Assembly (NCBI GenBank): GCA_951406725.2
Contig: OX597837.1
Span: 22,010,001 to 22,074,000 of the forward strand
DNA from: Octopus vulgaris
Taxonomy: Eukaryota
Reading direction: 5' to 3'
Length of the DNA: 64,000 bases
A program made the translations under genes and the position numbers. Numbering within the stretch: the stretch's first letter is position 1; every line of letters starts with the position of its first letter. The notes beneath the pieces were generated by a model. That model was not told the origin of the DNA and made no database searches. It saw only the letters and a program-made list of their open reading frames with translations. Below, one piece after another: positions 48,610-60,130 of the stretch.

Positions 48610-50010
48610 ATAATGAGTTTGAATTTAGGCATATGGCCAGCAATTTCAGAGCAGGGGTAAGTGAACTGTATTGCTCCTTAGCAAAAAGTCAACCACAGAA
48701 CATAAAGATGGAAAAAATGTCACTAAGCATTTTGTCTGGTATGCTAATGATTCCACCACCTCACCACCTTAATAACAATAACAATTCCTTCCACAATAAG
48801 TACAAAGCCTGAAATTTTAGAGGAGGGGGCTAATCAATTACATCACGCCCAGTGCTCAACTCTCATTTACTTTATTGACTCCAAAAGGATGAAAAACAAA
48901 GCAGACCTCTGTAGCATTTGAATTCAGAATGTAAAGATGGATCAAATGCCACTAAGAATTTTGCTTGGCATGCTAACAATTCTGTTAGCTTGCCACCTTT
49001 AATTCTCTTAGATTTTGACACAAGGCTATCAATTTTTTAGGGGTGAGGGGTTAATTGGTGGTCTAGTGGTTAGGATACCTGGCTTTCACCCAGGCAGCCC
49101 GGGTTTGATTTCGGCATGGGAACGCATTAGTTTTTGGCCATTTGCCAGCCTCGTCTGGCACCTGTGCAGGTGGCACGTAAAAAGCACCCACTACACTCAC
49201 AGAGTGGTTGGCATTAGGAAGGGCATCCAGCTGTAGAAACACTGCCAGATTAGATTGGGCCTGGTGCAGCCCTCTGGCTTCCCAGACCCCAGTTGAACCG
49301 TCCAACCCATGCTAGCATGGAAAACAGACGTTAAACAATGATATGATGATGATTGACCCCTGTGCTCAACTGGGACTTATTTTATCAACCCTGAAAGAAT
49401 GAAAGGTAAATTTAACCTTGGTAGAATTTGAACTGTGGATGTAGAAATGGATGATTGCTGCTAAGCATTTAGTCCAGTGTGCTAACAATTCTGCCAGCTA
49501 GCTACCTTAAAAATAATAACAATAATAAGCCAGAATCGTTAGCATGTCAAACAAAATGCTTAGTGACATTCCGTTCGCCTTTACAATCTGAGTTCAAATT
49601 CTGCTGAGGTTGACTTTGCCTTTCATCCTTTTGAAATCAATAAAATAAGTACCAGCTGCACACTGGGGTCGATGTAATTGACTTACACCCTCCTCTGAAA
49701 TTGCTGGAAGAAATGCTACAAAGTATTTTGTCTGGTATGATAGCTAACTGCCTTAATAATAATAATAATAATAATAATCATAATAACAATAATAATGGTT
49801 CCAAATTTTGCCACAAGAGCAGCAGTTTTAGGGGAGGGGATGAGTTGATTACATCAACCCAAGTATTTCACTGGTACTTATTTTATCAACCCTGAAAGGA
49901 TGAAAGGTAAAGTTGACCTTGGCTGAATCTAAACTCAGAACATAAAGACAGGTGAAATACCAGAAAGCGTTTCGTCCAGCATACTAACGATTCTGCCAGC
50001 TCACCGCCTT
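48610..50010 (-). mobile_element. SINE A2 array in intron 1 (four minus copies, one plus copy at ~49530-49715)
   Basis: Similarity to family A. Confidence 0.8.
49058..49122 (+). pseudogene. tRNA-Glu(TTC) pseudogene fused to an RTE 3' tail (to ~49353)
   Basis: GGTCTAGTGGTTAGGAT D arm; CCTGG-CT-TTC-AC-CCAGG anticodon arm; mutated T arm (GGTTTGATT); 5' acceptor strand missing. Confidence 0.8.
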
Positions 50011-50024
50011 AATAATAATAATTC

Positions 50025-50870
50025 ATTCTTTTATTAGTCACAAGGGCTCACATACAATAACATTAAAGGACATGCAACAACATAAAAGACAAAAACAGGA
50101 CAATACAATGGGTTTTCCATGTGTAAATAAAGTATAACAATAAAAAATTAAACAAATTAACACTCCAGTAGGGGAGGCACTTTAAGGTCCTCGTGGGAAA
50201 ACCTACAAAAGCCACAGATGCCTGATCAACAGGGTAAGAGCCCTTCTCCTTTAATTCCCTTTTTATAGATGCATGCTCAGAATTGGTCTTTTCACACTGG
50301 CCATTCTTTCAATGTTCACCCACCTTTCAACAAACTTGATACAAGGCAACACTTCCCTCTCCATCCTCAACTTCTTTTTTAAGTGAAACTTGAGAAAGTT
50401 GATGAGGGTTTGGTCAAAGAGGAAAGTGTCTGTCTTTTGCCCTTTCAAACGGGTCCACCACACTACGTCTTTCGCTACAACTACTAGACAAATAAAAATT
50501 GCTTGCCCCTTCTGGCCAAAAGAGGGCAGTGGGGCAATCCTCACAATAGATTCAGCTGATAGCCGGATCTGTCCTACACACAACAACAAGTTTTCAACAT
50601 AAACCCATAGGTCAGCAATATTCGGGCACTGGACTAGGACATGCAGAACAGTTTCAATGTCCTGGGCACACTTCGGGCAGGCCCAAGTCATGGCACTTCC
50701 GTGCTTTTAAAGTATATCTCGAACAGGCAGCGCCCCTCAGTAGCACTGCCAGGCAAGGGATTTCTGGAAGTTATCCATTGGCCCAGGCCTGAAAGTTCTC
50801 CGAAACAGACTGGTTAGTTGATCTTCATCAACGCCCAGAGAACGTCGTCACACTTTCCCTCCACTAGCCC
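50025..50870 (-). pseudogene. Tx1/L1-like LINE 3' end
   Basis: CPKC..ETVLHVLVQCP..LW..VAKDVVWWTR..FVERW, followed by a T-rich 3' UTR ending cccttgtgactaataaaagaa. Confidence 0.8.
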
Positions 50871-50872
50871 TC

Positions 50873-51117
50873 AAACAATATAAAGAGCACGATGTGATTG
50901 CAATAAATATTTTATTGGTTTGAATGATATTTCGACAGATTACGTGTTTTTGTTGAGTTCAAAATGAAAAGTAATACATGGAAATTCAAAAGTTGAACTT
51001 TTGAATTTCTATGTATCATTTTTCATTTTGAACTTGACAAAGACAGGCAAGCTGTTGAAATATCATTCAAACCAATAAAACATCTATTGCAATTGCATCA
51101 TGTTCTTCATACTGTCT
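50873..51117. repeat. ~245-bp imperfect palindrome (foldback element)
   Basis: Arms of ~122 bp centred on aaagtt-g-aacttt at 50995; mismatches mostly transitions. Confidence 0.85.
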
Positions 51118-51281
51118 AATAATAATAATAACAATAATAATCATACTCAACTGACAATAATAATTGTTTCTAATTTAGAAACGAAGCCAATAATTTTGAG
51201 TTGAGTGGTTTAATCGATGGCAGTAATTGCAGTACTTGACCTGTATTTTATCAACTCCAAAATAGAATGAAAGAACCTTAA

Positions 51282-51511
51282 CCTTTTAGTATTCAGATTA
51301 TCCAGTCAAATGGATAATGGCTTATTTGTTCAAATAATGGCTTATTTGTTCACATTATTTTGTATTAATCTAGCTCTGAGATTTTTATGATGTGATTGTT
51401 TATTTTTAGGATCATATTGTAGAGAAGGTATAAGTGGCTAGATCTGGCCAGTTTAAACATAAAAAAGGTAGAATATTTGGGCCTGATATGGCCTATTTGA
51501 ATGCTAAAGGG
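51282..51511. mobile_element. Second piggyBac-type MITE family, diverged
   Basis: TTAA|CCTTTTAGTATTCA ... TGAATGCTAAAGGG|TAAA. Confidence 0.65.
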
Positions 51512-51612
51512 TAAACAGGAATTGAACCCAAAACAACAAGACAGAACAATACTGCAAAGATGATCTCAGGATGCTGAAGCTTTCGCACAAGATGACAAGG
51601 GACCAAGATACC

Positions 51613-51846
51613 TATTTCTTTACTACCCACAAAGGGCTAAACACAGAGGGGATAAACAAGGACAGACAAACGGATTGAGTCGATTACATCGACCCCAGTG
51701 CATAACTGGTACTTATTTAATCGACCCCGAAAGGATGAAAGGCAAAGTTGACCTCGGCGGAATTTGAACTCAGAAAGTAGCAGCAGACGAAATACTGCTA
51801 AGCATTTCGCCCGGCGTGCTAACATTTCTGCCAGCTCACCGCCTTG
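51613..51846 (-). mobile_element. SINE family A1
   Basis: TSD ggaccaagatacct. Confidence 0.9.
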
Positions 51847-52234
51847 GACCAAGATACCTGGCACCTTGCTGTACTCAAGAAGACCAATCCTCCACAGCAG
51901 AAGTGTTAAGGCCGCATCCCCTGGGGAAGAGGCCTGACTTGCAAGAGTCCTGAACTGGTGCCATGTAGAATGCATTCATACTGGTGCCATATAACAGTTC
52001 TCATGCTGGTGCCACATTAAAAGTGGTTGGTGTTAGGCAGGGTATCCATCTGCAGAAACCAAGCCAAATCAGACTGGAATCTAGTGCAGCTCACATGCTT
52101 GCCAGCTCAGGGAAAACAAATGTTAAAGGAAGAGTGGGGGGGAGAGGGTTATGATGATGACTTTTTTTTTTTCAACAGCCAACTTTTGAAGGGAGAGGAC
52201 AAATGAATTCCATCAATCCAGATACTTGAGTAAC

Positions 52235-52654
52235 ACTCTCTTTACTCTTTTACTTGTTTCAGTCATTTGACTGCGGCCATGCTGGAGCACCACCTTTAGT
52301 CGAGCAAATCAACCCCAGGACTTTTTCTTTGTAAGCCTAGTACTTATTCTATCGGTCTCTTTTACCGAACAGCTAAGTTACGGGGACGTAAACACACCAG
52401 CATCGGTTGTCAAGCGGTGTTGGTCGGACAAACACAGACACACAAACATACACACACATATACATACACATATGTATATATATACACATATACAACGGAC
52501 TTCTTTCAGTTTCCGTCAACCAAATCCACTCACAAGGCTTTGGTCGGCCCGAGGCTATAGTAGAAGACATTTGCCCAAGATGCCACGCAGTGGGACTGAA
52601 CCTGGAACCATGTGGTTGGTAAGTAAGCTACTTACCACACAGCCACTCCTGCGC
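52235..52654 (-). mobile_element. SINE family B
   Basis: Full-length. Confidence 0.88.
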
Positions 52655-53387
52655 TTAAGCACTGGCTGTAAGATCTGAAGACATGGAAGACAATACAAAG
52701 ATGAAATACAAGGACACCAAAAATAGGGTCTACATAGAATAAAAGGAAGTTGATGAAAAGAAAGAAAATTTAACAATAAAAATTTCAACAAGAAAACTCA
52801 CTCAATAGGGTAATTTAGAGAAACCCCATAGAAAGGCCCAGATTACTCCTCTTGTCTTTTGCTAGTTTCAGCCATTGGACTGTGGCTATTCAGGGATGCC
52901 ACTTTGAAGAATTTAATCAAACAAATTGACCCTTGTGCTTATTTTGTTTTTAAAGACTGGTATTCGCACTATTAGTGCCCCTTTGCCAAACCACTATTTC
53001 ACAAGGATGTAAATAAACTAACACCAGTTGTCAGGTGGTGATGGGAGACAAACACAAAGACATATACTCAAGAAAGCCTATCTGCCACAGGAGAATTGAT
53101 ACCAGTGCTGGTGCCACATAAAAAGCACCCAGTACTCTGTGGAGTGGTTGGCATTGGGAAGGGCATCCAGCTGTAGAAACCATGTCGGAACAGACAATGG
53201 AGCCAGGAGTGACAGCTAACTGTACCAGCTCCAGTCAAGATGTCCAACCCATGCCATTGGTAAGCAAGCTACTTACCACACAGCCACTCCTATGGTTAAG
53301 GAACTTTTTTTTTACTCAATTCTTATGGGTTCAAAATAATATATAGGAAGTGTTAAACCACTGTAGCCATCTGAGCAGATAATTTAC

Positions 53388-53932
53388 TGGCACTCCGTCA
53401 GTTACAGAGACGAGGGTTCCAGATGATCTGATCAACAGAACAGCCTGCTTGTGAAATTAATGTGCATGTGACTGGGTCTTCACAGACACGTGTACCCTTA
53501 ACCCTTTCGTTACTGTATTTATTTTGGGATGCTCTGTGTTTCTCTCAATTATTTTAGATATAACAAAGAATTTTGTAAAATAACTTAGTTATCATTAAGC
53601 TGGTGTTAGGAACATAAATTGTGACTAAGATTTGGTGGAAGATTTTGATTAAAACTTATGAAAACAAGACATTTGTACTACAGAGCTAGAGCCAGTTTCA
53701 GCCGGGTTGGTATCAAAAGGGTTAATATAGTTCTCAAGGAGAATCAACGTGTCACACAGTGTGATAAGGCTGGCCCTTTGAAACAGGTGCTACTCATTTT
53801 TGCCAGCTGAGTGGACTGGAGCAAAGTGAGATAGAGTGTCGTGCTCAAGGACACAGTGTGCCGCTGGGAATTGAACTCATGACCTTACGATCATTAGCCG
53901 AATGCCCCTAACCACTAAGCCATGTGCCTTCA
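53388..53932 (-). mobile_element. D/F-like SINE with a nested piggyBac MITE (53502-53721)
   Basis: Host matches 24620-24930; MITE flanked by TTAA at 53498-53501 and 53722-53725. Confidence 0.82.
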
Positions 53933-53992
53933 GAAGCTGAGCAGATAACCCTGCCTAAATAGAAGAGAAAGAAGGAAATGATAATAGAGCTA

Positions 53993-54400
53993 TTACTCTT
54001 TTACTTGTTTCAGTCATGTGACTGTGGCCATACTGGAGCACCGCCTTTAGTCGAGCAAATCGACCCCAGGACTTATTCTTTGAAATAGTACTATTTGAAT
54101 AGTACTATGGTCTCTTTTTTGCCGAACCGCTAAGTTACGGGGACGTAAACACACCAGCATCGGTTGTCAAGCGATGTTGGAGGGACAAACACAGACACGC
54201 ACACACACATATATATATATATATATATACATATATACAACGGGCTTCTTTCAGTTTCCGTCTACCAAATCCACTCACAAGGCTTTGGTCGGCCCGAGGC
54301 TATAGTAGAAGACACTTACCCAAGGTGCCATGCAGTGGGATTGAACCCGGAACCATGTGGTTCGTAAGCAAGTTACTTACCACACAGCCACTCCTATGCC
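53993..54400 (-). mobile_element. SINE family B, ~50 bp inside the exon-1 donor
   Basis: Full-length. Confidence 0.88.
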
Positions 54401-54451
54401 TTAGTTATAATGTAGAAAAAAGTAAAGCAAAAAGAGGGGGGGTCTACTTAC

Positions 54452-56822
54452 CAGTGAGCAATGGAATTATTGCAGCCGCTGTAGCATCTCCAACAATATT
54501 GTAACCATTCATTATGACTGCTCCGAGAGAGTCTTTCAGATGTTTATAAGACAATGGTAGTTTACGTTGGAAAGACAAGTGAGATAAAGAATCCAGTCCA
54601 TAGATGAGAATATTCAGAGGAATTGTGTTCAAATGCACAAACTGAGGGATGTCTGAAATACGTTGAAATACCTCAGGTTTTGGATAGATTTGAACAAAGA
54701 ACTGTTCAATATCTGGAAGTTGGTTGTAAATACCATATTGTTCGGGTGGAAGATTTAAGTAGGTTTCTTTGGAATTATCATAGTACAAGGTATCAGTCAT
54801 ATCTTCAATATCGAAGTTATGGAAAATGTGTGATTTCTTTTCCTTCTCAGTTTTTCTTTTAGGTTTCTCAAGTTTTGGTGGAACAATCTGAAGATTATTT
54901 GGCAGGATTTTAGATTTTGTTGTATATGGGTATCTTTTAAAAGTATCTTTTGGTCTCAGTATTTGGATCATTGGGTGTGAGCTAAGTTGATTATGAACTG
55001 TTTTGATATTTGGATGAGACTGGCTTCTAGGTTTCATTGGAGAAGAATTCAAAAATTTTACATTTACTACATCTTTTTCTTGGAGTTTGGGTTTTGGTTT
55101 GGCTTTGACTTGAATTTGGTTTTCTGGGTAGATCAGAGAATTCAATTTGGAAATAGTGGGGAGGAGCATCAGTTGAGGAATTTCTGATTCATTACTTTGG
55201 GGTAAAGACTGATGGTTGGCAGAACTGTCTGAAGGTTTAGATTTTGGCAAGATAGAACCATTTGAAGAAGAAATTACGCCATTTATAGATCTCTTCTTTG
55301 AGGGCAGATGTTTCTGTTTAGTTTTCGCAATGATCCTGTTGCTTCTTTTCCGTGGATCATAGTGATTTTTCATGTCAATCTGTAAAGATTTAACAACATC
55401 CGGAGTTTTGAGAAATCGGCTGATGCCTTTGGAATGATTGCTTTGTTGGTTTTGTACAAAAAGATTATTGCTTGGATATGTAAGTTTCTTTGGAATTCTT
55501 TTATACTTTCCTGAACTATTTGAATTAAATATATTTATATTGCTTGGCAGTTTAAGTGAAGAATGGGCATTTTGATGAATAATTTTCTTCACGTTTTGTG
55601 CAGTGATATTGGCTAAAAATGAACCATTTTTGTCTTGATATAAAGCACCGTTGAAAACAGAATTGAGACTGTGTCGGAATTTATCCGTAAATTTAGACTT
55701 CATAGAAGCAATATGGTTGTTTTTATAACTCTTATTAGAGGAATTAAAAGCTACTTTTAAAGATATACCTGATGTTAAATTATTTACTTTCCCTGATGGA
55801 AAACTTCCTAATTTTTTGTAGTTGTTCCTTTTACTTCTTTGATTGGTAGATCGTAATAAACTAGGCTTATTTCTGTTTTGGTATTGACCGAGAGCTTTCA
55901 CACCATATTTCATCATCGGATCAAAATTATCATCACTTGTTTTAAAAGAGGAACGTACCATTTTGTTGCCTAGCTTTTGAGGATTATTTCTATGAAATTT
56001 TAAACCATTATTCAAAAGGCTACCTTTGTGAACTTCTTTGTCTGTGAAAGGTCTTTTTCTGATATCTTTATAACCTTTGGTAATCTTTGACACTTTTGTG
56101 GTTTCAGATTGGTCTGCAACATCTCTATATCTCAAAATTCTATTAGCATTTAATACCAGTTTTTTGTAATGAAGTTTATCTTCAGAGTTAACATTACTTT
56201 TTTGTCTAGAAGAGAGAGATAACAGATGTCTTGTAGAATCTAAGACTACATCCTTTGTTTCAATGAAGCATTGAACTCTGATGAAATCATGCTGTACAAC
56301 AATGTTGAAAGGATAGTTGACATTATCACCACCAATGGGTGCAGTATAAGTGGCATAGTTGTCATCAATGCGTTCTATAGCCTGATACGTACACTGCTTG
56401 ATACGGTCTCCATGAAGTAAAGCGCTGTCCATTTTTAACTTACCATTTTCCATACTGAAAATCTCAGAACCAAAACATTGAATAGATCCAACATCATAAA
56501 AGGCATTTTTGTTTGTGTCGCTCTGCAAATCCAGCTTTGGATGTTGGCAGACAATGTTCTTTGATTGAACGGTCTTATTTGGTATGGTGGAAACAACAAG
56601 GTCATTTAGCCGAAGTGCAGATCTCTGAAATGGATTCTTAAACCTATCTCGTATTCGATAGAAAGACGAGAATAACTGGTATTCTTTTTTCTGCTGTAGG
56701 GTAATGCTCTTGTAGATGCTGTTGTCAAATGCCAAGTTACGTAACAAAAGCAGAACGCCAATGCATATCAGGGTAACAAATGTCGGCTTGAGTTTACGAT
56801 TCCACTTCCAGAAGAACAGCAT
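54452..56822 (-). CDS. DUF229-family (alkaline phosphatase/sulfatase superfamily) membrane protein, coding exon 1
   Basis: 2.37-kb stop-free frame from ATG 56822. N-terminal TM/signal anchor (TFVTLICIGVLLLL), Cys-containing segment (CQHP..C..C..HDFIRVQC), then NILIYGLDSLS...GYNIVGDATAAAIIPLLTG typical of DUF229. Ends at phase-1 donor G|GTAAGT (intron starts 54451). Confidence 0.9.
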
Positions 56823-56863
56823 TATGGAATAAAGAAGAAATGCCGCACCATAACGGATGACAT
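56822..56863 (-). promoter_or_regulatory. Putative 13-codon uORF (MSSVMVRHFFFIP*) whose TAA overlaps the main ATG (TAATG)
   Basis: Read directly. It follows a candidate acceptor (tttctgtcttcattag| at 56865), which implies an upstream non-coding exon. Confidence 0.45.
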
Positions 56864-57229
56864 TCTAATGAAGACAGAAATAAAGAAACATTAGAATTAT
56901 ATAATGTACAGGAACAAAGAGTTTTTAATAGATTCTGGGGAAGGGAAAGAAGGTAAGGGAAGGTGTCTATTGTGTTGAAGAAAACCATATTTTAAATTAT
57001 CAGGCATATGATCAAAGCGGTCCCAGCTGTGACCAACACAACCTTTATTTAAATAAAATCTATACAGCACAGATTATATAATTTAAAATGATTTTCTTCT
57101 TAAGACAATATTAGGTGATAAAAGAAAAATTTGGCAGCTGTTTATGAGCAATTATCTGCATGTATAGTTTTTGTGCATACATGTGTGTGTATGTATACAT
57201 ACATATACACACACATCGGCAAACATAGA

Positions 57230-57700
57230 TGCAGACATGGCAATGTGGTTAGGAGGTCTGCTTCTCAACCACATGGTTTTGGGTTCAGTCCCACTGGGTA
57301 GCACCTTGGGCAAGTGTTTTCTACTATAATCTCAGATTGACCAAAGCTTTATGAGTGGATCTGATAGATGGAAAGTAAAAAACTTGTTTTGTGATTGTGT
57401 GTGTGTGTGTGCATAAGACTGATGAAATGCTGTGTGGTTGCCCTTGTAAACAGGCTGGTCCCTTGAACCCTCTCCAGCTGAGCATCTCTAATCTTGTGGG
57501 CTTGTAAGTGCTGGTGCCATATAAAAATCACCCATGCTGGTGCTGTGTAAAAGCACCAAGTACACTCTGTAAAGTGGTTGGCATTAGAAAGAGCATCCAG
57601 CCACAGAAACCACACCAAAACAGACATGGAACCTGAACAGCTTTTCAGTTGGTTAGCTTCTGTCAAACCGGCCAACCCATGGATGTTAAATGAGGATATG
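57230..57700 (+). mobile_element. SINE B 5' half followed by an RTE 3' tail
   Basis: B head to (TG)n, then aaagcacc..gcatccagcc..aacccatgg tail; other RTE tails near 27200, 51950, 53100 and 60700. Confidence 0.65.
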
Positions 57701-57710
57701 TATGTAAATG

Positions 57711-57745
<35 letters not shown>

Positions 57746-58614
57746 TGTATATACTCCTCCTCTTTCTTGAATTCCTTGCCCTGATCCTTATGGCTAAAGA
57801 AATTTCTTACAGCAGTCAGTTACAAGCAGAGTTTTGGTCAGTTGGCATCTGAACCACACGACTTCATGTACCTAAAATTCATATCTACATCTTTATCTGT
57901 ATATTTACCTTCCCTAAGATGTTATTACTTGATCTGAAAACTTTTATATTATTGAAAAACCTATATAAAATTAGCTGAAGATTACTCAGCATCTTAAATC
58001 TGCTGTAATATTTACAGCTTTTAATAAAATGTTGTAGTATGAAACAATTGTACTAAATTACCGGAATCATTCTTGTTGCTTATTTTTGATTATAATCACC
58101 CCGCAAATTTTTATGGGTAACACCATACAAAATTCTGGTGCATCTAAATTAAGTACCATATTCATTTGAATCTAAATTGTTGCTGTGTATATATATATAT
58201 ATAATATCAAGGGAAAGAAAATGGAGAATAAATGGATGTAATTACTGTAGTTACTGATTTATTTGCATGTTGCAGAAAGATGACATTTAAAAAAAACATT
58301 ACAAATAAAAAATTGGAAGTTGAAAGCTCAAAAAAGTTAAGAAAATAACATAAGAACCTACATATATGTTTCTGTCAAACCAATAAGTTGATGGGAATCT
58401 CCAAAACATGTTTAGTGTCAAGGAAATTGCCACATTCATACTATTTTTATTTTATGGTTGAACTTCTTCAAGGTTCAAAAAGAGCTGACTCCACTTTGGT
58501 GATCATTATATTTTTTTTATGATATGGATTGAACCAGTGGAATACCTTGGATTATATAATCCCTAATGAGGACTTAACTTCCTCGAGTTAACTATACACA
58601 CACACACACACGTA

Positions 58615-58990
58615 CAAGGTCTGACTAAAACACATTGGGACTGATGCAATAAATAGAAAATTATCACAACGCATATCAATTCAGCATTTAATCTCCTTCG
58701 GTGTAGCCCCCTTCTGAAGCCACACACTTTATCCAGCATTGCTTCCTTTGATGCAAGAATTCCTGGAACTCCACTTTTGCGATAGCCAGCAGCTGCCTCA
58801 TCACATTCTCTTGAATTTCCTAGACTTCTTGAAATCTTGTTGGGTGTCTTCTATTGTGAAAGCAGAGCCTGAGTTTCACGGTCATTGCCAAAGACCCATA
58901 ATTAGCCACTTTCTGTGACTATTTCAAAATGTTTTCATCTTCCTTGACATAACCAAAGAGGTCTTGCACAGCTGAGGATTGATCTTTTTG
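58615..58990 (-). mobile_element. mariner remnant (transposase C-terminus and TIR)
   Basis: EIQENVMRQLLAI..EFQEF..WIKCVASEGGYTEGD*; end TA|CAAGGTCTG. Confidence 0.72.
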
Positions 58991-59054
58991 AGATGACCAC
59001 ACTGTGTATTTTAGCTCTGTTTCCATAGCAACAGTCTTGATACTTTTTGATGAG

Positions 59055-60130
59055 ATCTCTTCCATGCTGGCTTAGGGTATATGTTGGAAGAGGTTTTTAA
59101 TTTTGGAGTTTTCCTTCTCCTAGATTGATTGCTTTCACAGCAATTAAGGAATTCAATCTACCCTTAGAAAAATTTATTTAACACATAGATGAGACTCTGA
59201 CAGATATTATCATTCTGGGTCAGAACAGTAATTAAGAATGGTAATTAAGGGATGACTCCATGATCCCCACAAACCCAGAACTCCCTAATTGAATCTTCAC
59301 CACCAGATGCAGTTTTATGTCATACACAAAGTAGTTGCCTTCATAGTATGTATCTATATTATAGGACATACCACACGTTAGTTCCATCAGTCATATTCTT
59401 TTGTGCTGGCTTAAGGAATGTTGGGAGAGGATATCAATTTAGGAGCTTCCTTCTTCCAGATTGCTTCCACTGAAGCTAAGGAACTCAATCTACCCTAAAG
59501 AAAAATCTATTCTAGCCCTGGTCAGAACAGACCTGGGAGTAATGGTAATTAAGGCGGCGAGCTGGCAGAATCGTTAGCACGCCGGGCGAAATGCGTAGCC
59601 GTATTTCATCTGCCGTTACGTCCTGAGTTCAAATTCTGCCGAGGTCGACTTTGCCTTTCATCCTTTCGGGGTCGATTAAATAAGTACCAGTTACGCACTG
59701 GGGTCGATATAATCGACTTAATCCATTTGTCCGTCCTCTCTGTGTTTAGCCCCTTGTGGGTAGTAAAGAAATAGGTAATTAAGGGATGACCCATGATCCC
59801 CACACAACTCCAGAACTCCCTAACTGGACCATCACCACTGAATGCAGTTTTATGCCATACCTGAAGTAGTTGCCCCCATAGTATGACTGAATCTATGTTA
59901 TTGGACATACCTCATGTTAGTTTCATCAGCCAGACTCTTCTGTGCTGTTAGGGAATTTTGGAAGAGGATGATTGCTTTCAGTGCAGCTAAGGGACTCAAT
60001 CTATCCTTAAAAAAAGTTATTTAACCCTAAGATGAGACCCTGACAGATACTACTGTTCCAGATCAGAAAGGACCTGGGGTTACTGATAATTAAGAGTAAC
60101 TCCACACTCACCACAACTTGTTAAATTAGC
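59055..60130. repeat. Diverged ~340-bp tandem triplication with a SINE A1 (59553-59773, plus) in unit 2
   Basis: Units start near 59057, 59395 and 59935; SINE TSD GGTAATTAAGG at 59544-59554 and 59774-59784. Confidence 0.75.

Noticed and set aside
48183-48632. 149-aa ORF overlapping exon 2
   Set aside because: Alternative frame starting in a SINE; the DUF229 motifs are in the frame of 47572-48399.
49058-49122. Functional tRNA-Glu gene
   Set aside because: 5' acceptor strand absent, B-box mutated, fused to a LINE tail inside a SINE.
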